From Prolixibacteraceae bacterium (GTDB lineage: Bacteria > Bacteroidota > Bacteroidia > Bacteroidales > Prolixibacteraceae): a stretch of DNA of 64,000 nt. The notes beneath the pieces are model-generated. The model made no database searches, had not been told where the DNA came from, and worked only from the letters and a program-made list of their open reading frames with translations. The stretch covers positions 104,343-168,342 of the forward strand of contig JBCFBK010000003.1 in NCBI GenBank assembly GCA_038562555.1, in the 5' to 3' direction. Each line of letters opens with the position of its first letter. Position 1 is the stretch's first letter. This document shows positions 39,266 through 48,244 of the stretch, piece by piece. A program made the position numbers and the translations under genes.

Positions 39266-41578
39266 ATGAAGACGATCAATCTGCAGTTGCTGATATCGGG
39301 AATGGCGCTGCTGGCAGCTTTCACAGGCTGCAAATCATCGACTGAGGAACCCCGGGTGAGCGTTATTCCGAAGCCGGTGAACATCGAATACAGCGGCAAG
39401 GAACTGGAATTTGATGATGGTGTTAAAGTAGTGAGTTCCGATACTGCCCTGGATTTGGCGGCTAAACGGCTGTATGATCGGATGAAAGAACTTCCTCAGG
39501 CTGAATTTCTTACAGAAAGCAAAAAGGCATCGGTCACTGTCAGGTTAAAACTGGATGAGCGGATCGGACAGGCGGAAGGTTATCAGCTAAAAATCGGACG
39601 TGACGTTACAATCAGCGGAAAAGACCGTGCCGGTGTTCTGCATGGCATTGAAAGCCTGTTGCAGATCATTCACCAGGCCCCGGTAACGGAAGACGGATTT
39701 GAAATACCCCGGCTGACCATGACCGATTATCCCCGTTTCGGATACCGGGGAATGCATCTGGATGTGAGCCGTCATTTCTTTCCGCCTGAGTTTATAAAGA
39801 AGTACATCGACCTGATCGCCATGCATAAGATGAATACCTTCCACTGGCACCTGACCGATGACCAGGGGTGGCGTATTGAAATCAAGAAATATCCAAAACT
39901 GACTGAAGTTGGTGCATGGCGGGTTGACCATGAAAATCTGCCCTGGGGGGAACGTCCGGACCGGGCGGAAGGAGACAGTGCTGCTTACGGCGGCTTTTAC
40001 ACACAGGATCAGATCCGTGAAATCGTGGCCTATGCCGCGGAGCGTGAAATAACGGTCATTCCCGAAATTGAGATGCCGGGCCATTCGGCGGCTGCTATTG
40101 CTGCTTATCCGGAGTATTCCTGCAGCGGTGCGCAGACGACGGTCCCTTCGGGTGGCCACACCGGCACGAATATCCTTTGCGCCGGAAAGGACGAAACCTT
40201 TACATTCCTGGAGGACGTACTTACCGAAGTGATGGCGTTGTTCCCTTCAAAATACATTCATATCGGCGGCGACGAAGCCTGGAAAAAGGAATGGGAAAAC
40301 TGTCCGCTCTGCCAAAAGCGGATTCAGGATAAAGGCCTTAAGGATGAACATGAATTGCAAAGTTATTTCATTCGCCGCATTGACAAATTTCTAACATCAA
40401 AAGACAGGATACTGATTGGCTGGGATGAAATTCTCGAAGGCGGCCTGGCCGAAAATGCCACGGTCATGTCATGGCGCGGTGAGGCTGGAGGGATCAAAGC
40501 GGCTCAGATGGGGCACGATGTCATCATGACGCCGGTTGACTATTGCTATTTTGATTATTACCAGAGCGAGGAAAAAGAGATGGAGCCGCCGGCTTTCAAC
40601 GGATATATCAGCCTTGACAAAGTATACGCTTATGAACCCGTTCCTGAAGAATTGACAGCAGAAGAATCGAAACACATTCTGGGAGCCCAGGGTAATGTAT
40701 GGACGGAATACATGGCTGCGGAAGCGGTTGTTGAATACCGGGTTTTGCCCAGGATGACGGCGCTGAGCGAGGTTTTGTGGTCGCCAAAGGAGGGCCGCGA
40801 CAGGAATGACTTTATGAAGCGCCTGGAGCCGTTTCTGAACCAGCTCACAACCCGTAACTATAATTTCTTTATTCCGGCGCCGCAGGGAGCGTTTAAAGAA
40901 ATGATCTTTCTCGACAGTACCCATGTCAGGCTGGAAAGCCCCTGGCCATTTGCAACGATCCGTTATACCCTCGACAGAACTGAACCTGTGGTGCAATCAC
41001 ACGCCTATGAAAAGCCTTTTCCGGTGGGAGACCAGACTGTTCTGAAAACCGCGCTGTTCCTGGAAAATGGTCAGCATGGGCCGGTAAAGACAGTCCATTA
41101 CCGGAAGGTCCTGCCGATCCCCCCTTACGAAACGGATCCTGGAGAGCTAAAACCCGGGCTGAGTTATAAGTACTATGAAGTATCGGTCAGCTCCGTTGGG
41201 GCGATTAAGAAGTTTACGCCAAAACGAACAGGGGTCACGAACCGGATCGGACTGCCCGAAGGGCATCGCCGGGAGGTCTTTGCTGCGGAGTTTATCGGTT
41301 ACCTGAAGGTGCCTGAAACAGCCGTTTATTCTTTTCGTTTAACTTCCGACGACGGCAGCCAGTTTCAACTGGGGGAAAGCCTGGTTGTCGATCATGACGG
41401 GCCTCACGGATCTTCGGCGGCACACGGGCAAATAGGTCTTCAAAAGGGTTATTACCCGATCTATATCGGCTATTTTGATGGCGGCGGCGGGAATTCCCTG
41501 AAACTGGAAGTTAAGCGGGGCAATGACGGGTGGCAGGAGATCCCTGCCGGATATTTTTTCCATAAGCTAAAGCGTTGA
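39266..41578 (+). CDS. Beta-N-acetylhexosaminidase (GH20) with a C-terminal PA14 domain, lipoprotein.
   Basis: The lipobox is LLAAFTGCKSS. GH20 catalytic motifs are present (GYRGMHLDVSRHFF, HWHLTDDQGWRIE, HIGGDEAWK). The PA14 domain is at the C terminus (FIGYLKVPETAVYSFRLTSDDGSQFQLGESLVVDHDG). Confidence 0.9.
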   Translation: MKTINLQLLISGMALLAAFTGCKSSTEEPRVSVIPKPVNIEYSGKELEFDDGVKVVSSDTALDLAAKRLYDRMKELPQAEFLTESKKASVTVRLKLDERIGQAEGYQLKIGRDVTISGKDRAGVLHGIESLLQIIHQAPVTEDGFEIPRLTMTDYPRFGYRGMHLDVSRHFFPPEFIKKYIDLIAMHKMNTFHWHLTDDQGWRIEIKKYPKLTEVGAWRVDHENLPWGERPDRAEGDSAAYGGFYTQDQIREIVAYAAEREITVIPEIEMPGHSAAAIAAYPEYSCSGAQTTVPSGGHTGTNILCAGKDETFTFLEDVLTEVMALFPSKYIHIGGDEAWKKEWENCPLCQKRIQDKGLKDEHELQSYFIRRIDKFLTSKDRILIGWDEILEGGLAENATVMSWRGEAGGIKAAQMGHDVIMTPVDYCYFDYYQSEEKEMEPPAFNGYISLDKVYAYEPVPEELTAEESKHILGAQGNVWTEYMAAEAVVEYRVLPRMTALSEVLWSPKEGRDRNDFMKRLEPFLNQLTTRNYNFFIPAPQGAFKEMIFLDSTHVRLESPWPFATIRYTLDRTEPVVQSHAYEKPFPVGDQTVLKTALFLENGQHGPVKTVHYRKVLPIPPYETDPGELKPGLSYKYYEVSVSSVGAIKKFTPKRTGVTNRIGLPEGHRREVFAAEFIGYLKVPETAVYSFRLTSDDGSQFQLGESLVVDHDGPHGSSAAHGQIGLQKGYYPIYIGYFDGGGGNSLKLEVKRGNDGWQEIPAGYFFHKLKR

Positions 41579-41850
41579 GTTCTTCAGTATTCTTGTTTGC
41601 TGCCCGAAAGTTGAAGTAGAATCTTAATTTTGAGATTTTTTTTGCAAAAAAATTAGTAGCTTGGCTTGTTAAAAAATCTGAAGCGGTGAGAAGATATTTG
41701 AAACAAAAAATTATTACGATGAAGCGAGCCATTAAAGCCATAGCTTTCACCCAGATGAATGATTATTTTGGCGAGTTCCATAAGTTGGTGCTCAATCTGG
41801 AAGAGATGAAGTTTAGTACGAGAATTATACACAGTTAATTTGAAAAACAT

Positions 41851-42660
41851 ATGAAAAGATATGTGATTTTCGTCGTGTTTTTTGCTCTTGTTGAGCTGTC
41901 GTTTGCGCAAAAGCCTTTTAAATATGTGATTATCCCGACACAGTTTCCCGAACTGGGCAAGGGGTTCAATCCGTACGGAGTCAGTTCATCGCTTCAAAAA
42001 ATACTCAATGAAAAAGGCTTCAGGTCAGTTTTCGAGGCAGACGAGCGACCCGCCGATTATTGTGACGCGGTGTCGGTGGTACTCGACAAGACCTCGTCTA
42101 TGTTTACAAATAAGTTGATGGTTCAGTTGAAGGATTGTCAGAATAATGTGGTTTGGAGCAGGGAAGGAGTCGGCAGGTCAAAAGATTTTTCAGAGGGTTA
42201 TGCGGAGGCGCTGGCCGACGCTCTTGATAATCTGAGGGAAATGCCCGAAAACAGGTTATTGGCCAATGTCGGTGTTGCTCCTGCAGTGGTTCCCGTACCT
42301 GAGCAGCCTGCCCAGATTCCCGCAGCGGTATCTGCACCGGAAGTTATCGGTACCGAAGAGAATGATGAAGTTTACAAGCCACAGAATTTGTTTTTCAATG
42401 AAACCTATTTTGTTGACCTGATCAGTGAAGGAGAAAACCGGAAACAACTGGTCATCATTAACGGGAAATTGCTGGGGTATGAGAAGCTGCAAAAAATCGC
42501 GGTGCTCACACCTTCTGATCTTCCGGGAATGTATACAACCGAGTGGACGACTCCCCGGGGAGAAACCTTGCGTGGTGTGGCCAGGCTTACTGACAACAAG
42601 TTAAGTATCACCCTTTCTTCTGAAGGAAATCCGGTCGTTATCACTTTAATGAAGCAATAA
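41851..42660 (+). CDS. Hypothetical secreted protein (269 aa).
   Basis: It has a signal peptide (VIFVVFFALVELSFAQ) and no recognisable catalytic motif. A Pro/Ala-rich linker sits mid-protein. Confidence 0.55.
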   Translation: MKRYVIFVVFFALVELSFAQKPFKYVIIPTQFPELGKGFNPYGVSSSLQKILNEKGFRSVFEADERPADYCDAVSVVLDKTSSMFTNKLMVQLKDCQNNVVWSREGVGRSKDFSEGYAEALADALDNLREMPENRLLANVGVAPAVVPVPEQPAQIPAAVSAPEVIGTEENDEVYKPQNLFFNETYFVDLISEGENRKQLVIINGKLLGYEKLQKIAVLTPSDLPGMYTTEWTTPRGETLRGVARLTDNKLSITLSSEGNPVVITLMKQ

Positions 42661-42799
42661 ACGTATCCGATTTTTTTAGGAATCGTTGATTCTTAGCTTT
42701 CTGTAATTGCGGGTAAAAATCGCCGTGTCTGCACTGTTGGGGTGGCATGTTCGTTTTCTTTTTTATACATTTGAAGCGCACAAAAAAGAAAACAGCAAT

Positions 42800-44443
42800 A
42801 TGCGGCCACTGAATACAATTATGCTTTTTTTTATGCTTGCCCTGGTCGGCTTTACGGTTAAGGCACAGGATAAGGAGACTAAAAGTCAGGAGGTTCCACG
42901 CCTGCTAGTAGTTATAAACGTGGAACAAATGCGTGCCGATTATCTTCGGCGGTATGAAAGTAAATTTCAGAAAGATGGTTTTCTCAGGCTGGCAGGGCAA
43001 GGAGCTGTATGCACCAATGCGGCGATGAATCTGCATGTGCTGAAAAGCCTGACGGGTGTTCCTACGTTGTTTACAGGAGTTTATCCCGACCGGCATGGCA
43101 TTATCAACGGTACCTGGTATGACCGTTTAAAAGATAAGGAAGTAAATGCGCTCAATGACAGCTACTACATTACAGTGGGCAGCGATTCAAAGGAGGGGCA
43201 GCGTTCTGCAGCCCGGTTATTGAGTCCCTCGATAGGCGATGGTTTGAAGATAAAGAGCCGCGGTGAAGCTAAAGTTTTTTCGGTGGCCCTGAATGATTAC
43301 AGTGCGGTATTTTCGGCCGGACATGCCGCCGATGGAGCCTACTGGCTCGATAACCAAACCGGCAACATGATCTCAAGCTCTTGTTTTGTGCGTCAGTTCC
43401 CGGGCTGGGCATTGACTTTTAACAACAAAAAGCTGGCAGCTTATTACGGAAGGCAGGAATGGAATACCCTGCTTCTTCCATCAAGTTATGAGGAAAGCTG
43501 GAAGGACGACAACCTGATGGAAAAGGGTTATTTCGGTAAATGGCGGACTTTTCCCTATCGTATGGCGCAACTGATTACGGAGACCGGAAATTTTAAAATA
43601 CTCAAAACAACCCCGTTTGGCAATGCGATCGTGAACGAATTCACTCAGACGCTGATCCAGGCCGAACAACTGGGAAAAGACGAGATCCCCGATCTGCTCA
43701 CAGTCAGCTTTTCGTCGATGGATTATGAAAACAGTTCTTTTGGTCCGCTTTCAGTTGAAATGGAAGATCTTTACCTGAGACTAGATCGCGAAATTTCACT
43801 CTTGCTGAATTACATTGATAAGGAAGTGGGACTGGGTAGGACGCTGGTCATTCTGACTTCGGCGTGCTCATCATCCTATCCGGTCGACTATTTAAAGCAG
43901 GAGTTTAATATGCCCGTAGGTTATGTCACTCCCGAAAGTATGATTGCCTTGCTCAAATCCTATCTGAATATCACTTACGGACAGGGAAACTGGATCCAGT
44001 ATACGGGCGATCAGCAAATTTACCTCGACCGGGCCCTGATTGAGAAGAAAGGAATAAAACTTGAAGATATTCAGGCAAAGACGGCGACCTTCATCAATCA
44101 GTTTGAAGGCATAAAACTATCACTGCCGGCATCGGACTTTGAAAAAGGAGATTATGTGAAGAGTCAGCTGACCACCGTTTCCCGGTCATTTAACCTGAAG
44201 CGCTCGGGCGATGTGCTGTATACCCTTGAAGATGGCTGGCAACCGCAGTATAAGTTCCGGGCGTCAAGCTATACCGATCATTCGCAGATACCCATGATCT
44301 GGATGGGAAGCGCCGTTAAAGCCATGAGAAACCGCACCCAGGTGGATGCGATTGATATGGTCCCTACCATTTATGAAATACTTCAGATCGATCCGCTGTA
44401 TCCGTGCGAGGGAAGAATTCTGGAAGAAATATTGAAGGAGTAG
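42800..44443 (+). CDS. Alkaline-phosphatase-superfamily enzyme (type I phosphodiesterase/nucleotide pyrophosphatase-like), secreted.
   Basis: A signal peptide (MRPLNTIMLFFMLALVGFTVKAQD) is followed by the AlkP-core metal-site region LLVVINVEQMRADYL...TGVYPDRHGIINGTWYD. The start is moved from the track's 42707 to the ATG at 42800, which gives a canonical signal. Confidence 0.7.
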   Translation: MRPLNTIMLFFMLALVGFTVKAQDKETKSQEVPRLLVVINVEQMRADYLRRYESKFQKDGFLRLAGQGAVCTNAAMNLHVLKSLTGVPTLFTGVYPDRHGIINGTWYDRLKDKEVNALNDSYYITVGSDSKEGQRSAARLLSPSIGDGLKIKSRGEAKVFSVALNDYSAVFSAGHAADGAYWLDNQTGNMISSSCFVRQFPGWALTFNNKKLAAYYGRQEWNTLLLPSSYEESWKDDNLMEKGYFGKWRTFPYRMAQLITETGNFKILKTTPFGNAIVNEFTQTLIQAEQLGKDEIPDLLTVSFSSMDYENSSFGPLSVEMEDLYLRLDREISLLLNYIDKEVGLGRTLVILTSACSSSYPVDYLKQEFNMPVGYVTPESMIALLKSYLNITYGQGNWIQYTGDQQIYLDRALIEKKGIKLEDIQAKTATFINQFEGIKLSLPASDFEKGDYVKSQLTTVSRSFNLKRSGDVLYTLEDGWQPQYKFRASSYTDHSQIPMIWMGSAVKAMRNRTQVDAIDMVPTIYEILQIDPLYPCEGRILEEILKE

Positions 44444-44500
44444 TAAGTCGTAAGTAGGTTGCGGTTGGTCTTACGACTTACGACTAGCTACTTACGACTA
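44443..44500. repeat. GTCGTAAG/CTTACGAC REP-like intergenic repeat. It forms a perfect 12-bp stem hairpin between convergent gene ends and probably acts as a bidirectional terminator.
   Basis: The sequence is GTAAGTCGTAAG-tag gttgcggttggt-CTTACGACTTAC gactagctaCTTACGACta. The same 8-mer family occurs at 19185, 29626, 35485, 46557, 46638 and 60173. Confidence 0.7.
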
Positions 44501-44509
44501 TTTTACAAT

Positions 44510-45733
44510 TTACCCTTCCATAAACGCTGCGATCCGGTTAAAGATCATCCTGAAATTTTTGTTGATGCTTTCCTGGTCTTTCTCTTTGGCGGGGAAGGGC
44601 GTTACGTGATTATAAGGATATGGAAAGTCATAAATTTCCACGGGAACGGGAATATTTCTTGCCGCTCCCTGAAGCGTATTGATAATCTCGTAGGGGGGTA
44701 TGACCGTGTCCTGTTTCAGGGTAATTGCCAGTAGGTTTTTGCTCACCTCATTGAATAATTCCTCACGAAATTCCCGGTTTACTTTATAGTCAAGCATGGA
44801 ATAGAAGATATGTCCTTCCGGATGAGGCCCGTCGATATAATGTTTCAGGCGAGGATCGTTCGAGAGGTGTTTCTCAATGTGCTCGATCATATAAGAATAA
44901 AGCGCGACGTTCGCTTCACTGTCGAGTATGTATTTTGAGCAAGGCGAAAGCCGGTTAAAAACCGCACCCCCGCAGAAAAGACAGAGCCTTGAATCCGTGA
45001 AGTAACCGTTATAATTGGTCAGTTTGAGAATTTCTCCGAGCAGGCATCCGATAGAATAGGCCGCAAAGTGGAACTTCGCGGCAGGTGATATGAACTCATT
45101 CTCGCCGGCCTTGCATTCTTCCAGGAAACCTATGATATCGTAATAAGTCTGTAATCCTGACCAGATGAAGCGTTGCGGACGTGAGTGCAGCCTCATGCTG
45201 ATAGCCACATTGCTAAGTGATGACTTCATTACATTGGGGAACATTTTTTTGCGTTTTTCGCACAAGAGGTACATTTTCTTTTTATCACTCCAGATTGACA
45301 AGGTCCTGTTCATGTGAAAGGCAATCGGGAAAAGGATCACGGCGCATTGTAACCGTTCAGCGAGGAAATGCGCCCAGGGGAGGTATTTATCCCAATTTTT
45401 TTCGTTGAAGCCATTTAAAATAAAGACAGCGCGGTCTGCCCTGGTTTTTGACGCCGGCATAAAGATGCGGTAGTTGAAGTGCTTGTTTTCGAGGATCTCG
45501 TTGTCCGGGATATGGATCATATCGTCGATGTGCCCGATCTCGTTGATAACCGTTTCTCCGGGTTTGAACTTTTCCTTATGCAGGCTGCAGGCATAGTTGT
45601 CGGCGCCGGGAAGCAGATGGTGTGACCTGGAGTGGAATTTCCGCTGGTAAATCGCAAGATCATCAAAGCGAACAAGGGGAGAATCGTTTTTCAGAAGTTC
45701 CCTGAGCTGAAGATAGGAATCCAGATAATTCAT
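44510..45733 (-). CDS. Hypothetical cytoplasmic protein, possibly an alpha/beta-hydrolase fold (407 aa).
   Basis: There is no signal peptide. A nucleophile-elbow-like AYSIG lies after a beta-strand (FHFAAYSIGCLLGE). No close characterised family is recognised. Confidence 0.5.
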   Translation of the reverse strand: MNYLDSYLQLRELLKNDSPLVRFDDLAIYQRKFHSRSHHLLPGADNYACSLHKEKFKPGETVINEIGHIDDMIHIPDNEILENKHFNYRIFMPASKTRADRAVFILNGFNEKNWDKYLPWAHFLAERLQCAVILFPIAFHMNRTLSIWSDKKKMYLLCEKRKKMFPNVMKSSLSNVAISMRLHSRPQRFIWSGLQTYYDIIGFLEECKAGENEFISPAAKFHFAAYSIGCLLGEILKLTNYNGYFTDSRLCLFCGGAVFNRLSPCSKYILDSEANVALYSYMIEHIEKHLSNDPRLKHYIDGPHPEGHIFYSMLDYKVNREFREELFNEVSKNLLAITLKQDTVIPPYEIINTLQGAARNIPVPVEIYDFPYPYNHVTPFPAKEKDQESINKNFRMIFNRIAAFMEG

Positions 45734-45817
45734 ATTTCATCGTCATAAAATCCAAAGTTAAGGAGTTAATGAGCAAGAGGAAGCATCAAATGGTGCATTG
45801 TTTCGGGAAATTTTGGA

Positions 45818-46540
45818 CTAAATGCCGGAAGCTGCATCCCGGTCAATGTAGAATACCAGCTTTCCTGTCAACGGGCGAATGTGGTAAACGGGGAGGGTTA
45901 CGGCCATTTCATCTCCGTTGACAATCTGTTTGATCCGTTCGGCCTTTGCCTTCCCGGTTACGAGGAAAAAGACACGTTCCGCATTATTCATTACTCTCCC
46001 CGTCAGGCTTACCCGTATTTGGCCCGATTGCGGATGTATGGCTGTTTCACAGATCCTGTCCGTCTCAAGCAAGTCCATCTGATCAGGAAAGATGGAGGCG
46101 GTGTGTCCGTCGTTGCCCATGCCGAGCATGATCAGATCGAAAGCAGGTAGTCCACGGCGCTGGTTCACCTGGGTCAAAATCTCTCTGATATAAAGTTCGC
46201 AGGCTTTTCCCGGTTCCAGTTCCCCCTGGATCCGGTGAACCTGCCTGTCGTCGACAGGAACCTTCATCAGCAGGTGTTCGTGCGTCATTTTATAGTTGCT
46301 TTCGTTATCGGCAGGCGGTACGCAACGCTCATCGCCCCACCAGAAATGAATTTTTCCCCAGGGCATTTTCGACTGGTATTCCCTGGCCAGCAGGTCGAAC
46401 AGCAACTTCGGCGTCGATCCTCCTGAAAGCGCCAGATGAAAAACTCCCGGCGAATTACTCACGAGCGCAAACAGTTCCTCTGCAAACGCCTCTGCGACCT
46501 GATCGGGATTGTCAAACAGTTTGATTTCGGGGGATAACAT
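45818..46540 (-). CDS. pgl: 6-phosphogluconolactonase.
   Basis: It is 240 aa with LALSGGSTPKLLFDLL and a GNDGHTASIFP motif. Confidence 0.85.
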   Translation of the reverse strand: MLSPEIKLFDNPDQVAEAFAEELFALVSNSPGVFHLALSGGSTPKLLFDLLAREYQSKMPWGKIHFWWGDERCVPPADNESNYKMTHEHLLMKVPVDDRQVHRIQGELEPGKACELYIREILTQVNQRRGLPAFDLIMLGMGNDGHTASIFPDQMDLLETDRICETAIHPQSGQIRVSLTGRVMNNAERVFFLVTGKAKAERIKQIVNGDEMAVTLPVYHIRPLTGKLVFYIDRDAASGI

Positions 46541-46556
46541 GGTGAAAATTATTATA

Positions 46557-46590
46557 GCCGCAAGTAACTAGTCGTAAGTCGTAAGACTAG
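46557..46590. repeat. GTCGTAAG REP-like repeat copy in the zwf-pgl intergenic region.
   Basis: The sequence gccgcaagtaaCTAGTCGTAAGTCGTAAGACTAG has self-complementary CTAGTC/GACTAG flanks. Confidence 0.6.
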
Positions 46591-46637
46591 CTGCAACGTT
46601 GATTTTTATTTTTAACGAATATCTTTAGCCTTAATTT

Positions 46638-46670
46638 TTTGTCTTGATACTTACGCTACTTGCGACTTTC
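46638..46670. repeat. Degenerate REP-like copy at the zwf 3' end. It shares an exact 14-mer with the hlyD truncation site.
   Basis: TTGTCTTGATACTTacgctacttgcgac is present here. TTGTCTTGATACTT is also at 35485..35498. Confidence 0.5.
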
Positions 46671-48182
46671 TTACAGCTCACAATACGTTCCGTCGTCCGA
46701 CAGGTTTTTGCAGGGGTAGCGCCACGTTCCGTCTTCCACGAGTTCGTCGGCCACGTTGGGACCCCAGGTGCCTGCAGGATAACCATAAACCGGAATATCA
46801 GGATTACTGTCCCATGCATCCAGAATAGGCTGGACGTAGGCCCAGGCCTTTTCAACGGCATCGCCGCGCGAGTATAAGGTGGCGTCGCCCTGCATGCAAT
46901 CCAGCAACAGTCGCTCGTAGGCTGACGGCAAATGCTCATCGGCCAGATCGGCATAATGAAAGTTCATGTTGACGGTTTGTACGTTGAATCCGGCCCCGGG
47001 CACCTTCATCCCGATTTTCAGCAGGATCCCTTCATCCGGCTGGATACGGATTACCAGTTGATTGTTGGTTTGCTCGCTGTCGGGATTCAGGCCAAAAAGG
47101 TGATGCGGCGTTTTTTTGAAGTGGATGACCACTTCGGTAACGCGGGTGGGAAGCTTCTTTCCCGTCCGGATGTAAAAAGGTACGCCGCTCCAGCGCCAGT
47201 TGTCGATGTAAAACTTCATCGCAAAAAATGTCTCGGTGCGGCTTGCCGGGTTAACCCCTTCTTCCTGCCGGTAACCTTTCACCAGTTTGTTTTTGATATG
47301 CGATTCGATATACTGGCCGCGGATCACATGTTTCAGCACATCTTCGCTGCGGATTGGCCGCAGCGACTGGAATACTTTCAGGGTTTCATTCCTGATGGCA
47401 TCGGCCTCAATGACTACGGGTGGTTCCATGGCGATCATTCCCACAAGCTGCATTAAGTGGTTTTGTACCATATCACGCATCGCTCCGGCATGATCGTAGT
47501 AACCGCCACGCTCTTCAACGCCGAGGCTTTCAGCCGAAGTTACTTCCACATGGTGGATAAAGTTATGGTTCCAGATCGGTTCAAAGATTCCATTGGCAAA
47601 CCGCGTGACCAGCATGTTTTGTACGGACTCCTTTCCAAGATAATGGTCGATGCGGTAGATCTGGTCTTCTTCGAAATAATTCAGCAAAGTCCGGTTCAGT
47701 TCCCGGGCAGTACTGAGGTTGGTACCAAAGGGTTTTTCAACGATCAGACGTCTGAAGCCGTCGTCCGACCGGTTCAGTTCCACGCTGGCCAGGTTGGCTG
47801 GAATGATACCGTATAGCTGGGGCGGGGTTGACAGGTAAAAAATGAAATTTTCACTGATCTGATTTTGCTTGGCAAGTGTCGTGAGCCGGTCCTTGAGTAT
47901 GGGATATTCATAAGGATCGTCGGTCGATAAGGACTGATAAAACAACTTTTTTGAAAACTCGCTTATCAAGTTCTTATTTTTTTCATCTGCGGGAAGAAAG
48001 CGTTCAGTCTTCAGGCGGAAGTTTTCGTCGGTCAGTTCGGTGCGGCTCACACCCAGAACAGCAAAATGCTCCGGCAACAGGTTTTGCCGGTAGAGGTCAA
48101 ACAGGGCCGGTATCAGTTTCCTTTTGGTGAGATCGCCCGAAGCACCAAAAATGACCAGTATCTGTGGCTGTGTATGGTTCAT
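46671..48182 (-). CDS. zwf: Glucose-6-phosphate 1-dehydrogenase.
   Basis: It is 503 aa with the NAD(P) site ILVIFGASGDLTKRK and the G6PD signature RIDHYLGKE. Confidence 0.9.
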   Translation of the reverse strand: MNHTQPQILVIFGASGDLTKRKLIPALFDLYRQNLLPEHFAVLGVSRTELTDENFRLKTERFLPADEKNKNLISEFSKKLFYQSLSTDDPYEYPILKDRLTTLAKQNQISENFIFYLSTPPQLYGIIPANLASVELNRSDDGFRRLIVEKPFGTNLSTARELNRTLLNYFEEDQIYRIDHYLGKESVQNMLVTRFANGIFEPIWNHNFIHHVEVTSAESLGVEERGGYYDHAGAMRDMVQNHLMQLVGMIAMEPPVVIEADAIRNETLKVFQSLRPIRSEDVLKHVIRGQYIESHIKNKLVKGYRQEEGVNPASRTETFFAMKFYIDNWRWSGVPFYIRTGKKLPTRVTEVVIHFKKTPHHLFGLNPDSEQTNNQLVIRIQPDEGILLKIGMKVPGAGFNVQTVNMNFHYADLADEHLPSAYERLLLDCMQGDATLYSRGDAVEKAWAYVQPILDAWDSNPDIPVYGYPAGTWGPNVADELVEDGTWRYPCKNLSDDGTYCEL

Positions 48183-48244
48183 GTTTCTCTAGTTTCAGAA
48201 ATAAACAAGCCAGTTCTTTTTATGTTTTTAAGCGAACCAAAGGA

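Noticed and set aside
42707-42799. A 31-aa N-terminal extension of the AlkP-family ORF in the track.
   Set aside because: The extension (MRVKIAVSALLGWHVRFLFYTFEAHKKENSN) precedes a perfect signal peptide that begins at the ATG at 42800. The track's longest-ORF start is unlikely to be used.
42707-44443. Whether the AlkP-superfamily protein is a BREX PglZ-like defence component.
   Set aside because: It has a cleavable signal peptide and only 578 aa. It sits among glycan-catabolism genes with no methyltransferase, ATPase or PglX/BrxC partner, which fits a periplasmic phosphodiesterase.
35485-46651. The idea that the exact 14-mer TTGTCTTGATACTT at 35485 and 46638 marks the ends of an inserted ~11-kb island (MFS to pgl).
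   Set aside because: There is no integrase, transposase or tRNA. The remainder of hlyD is not found beyond the second copy. The 14-mer is better explained as part of the dispersed REP-like family, so the island idea is kept only as a remote possibility.
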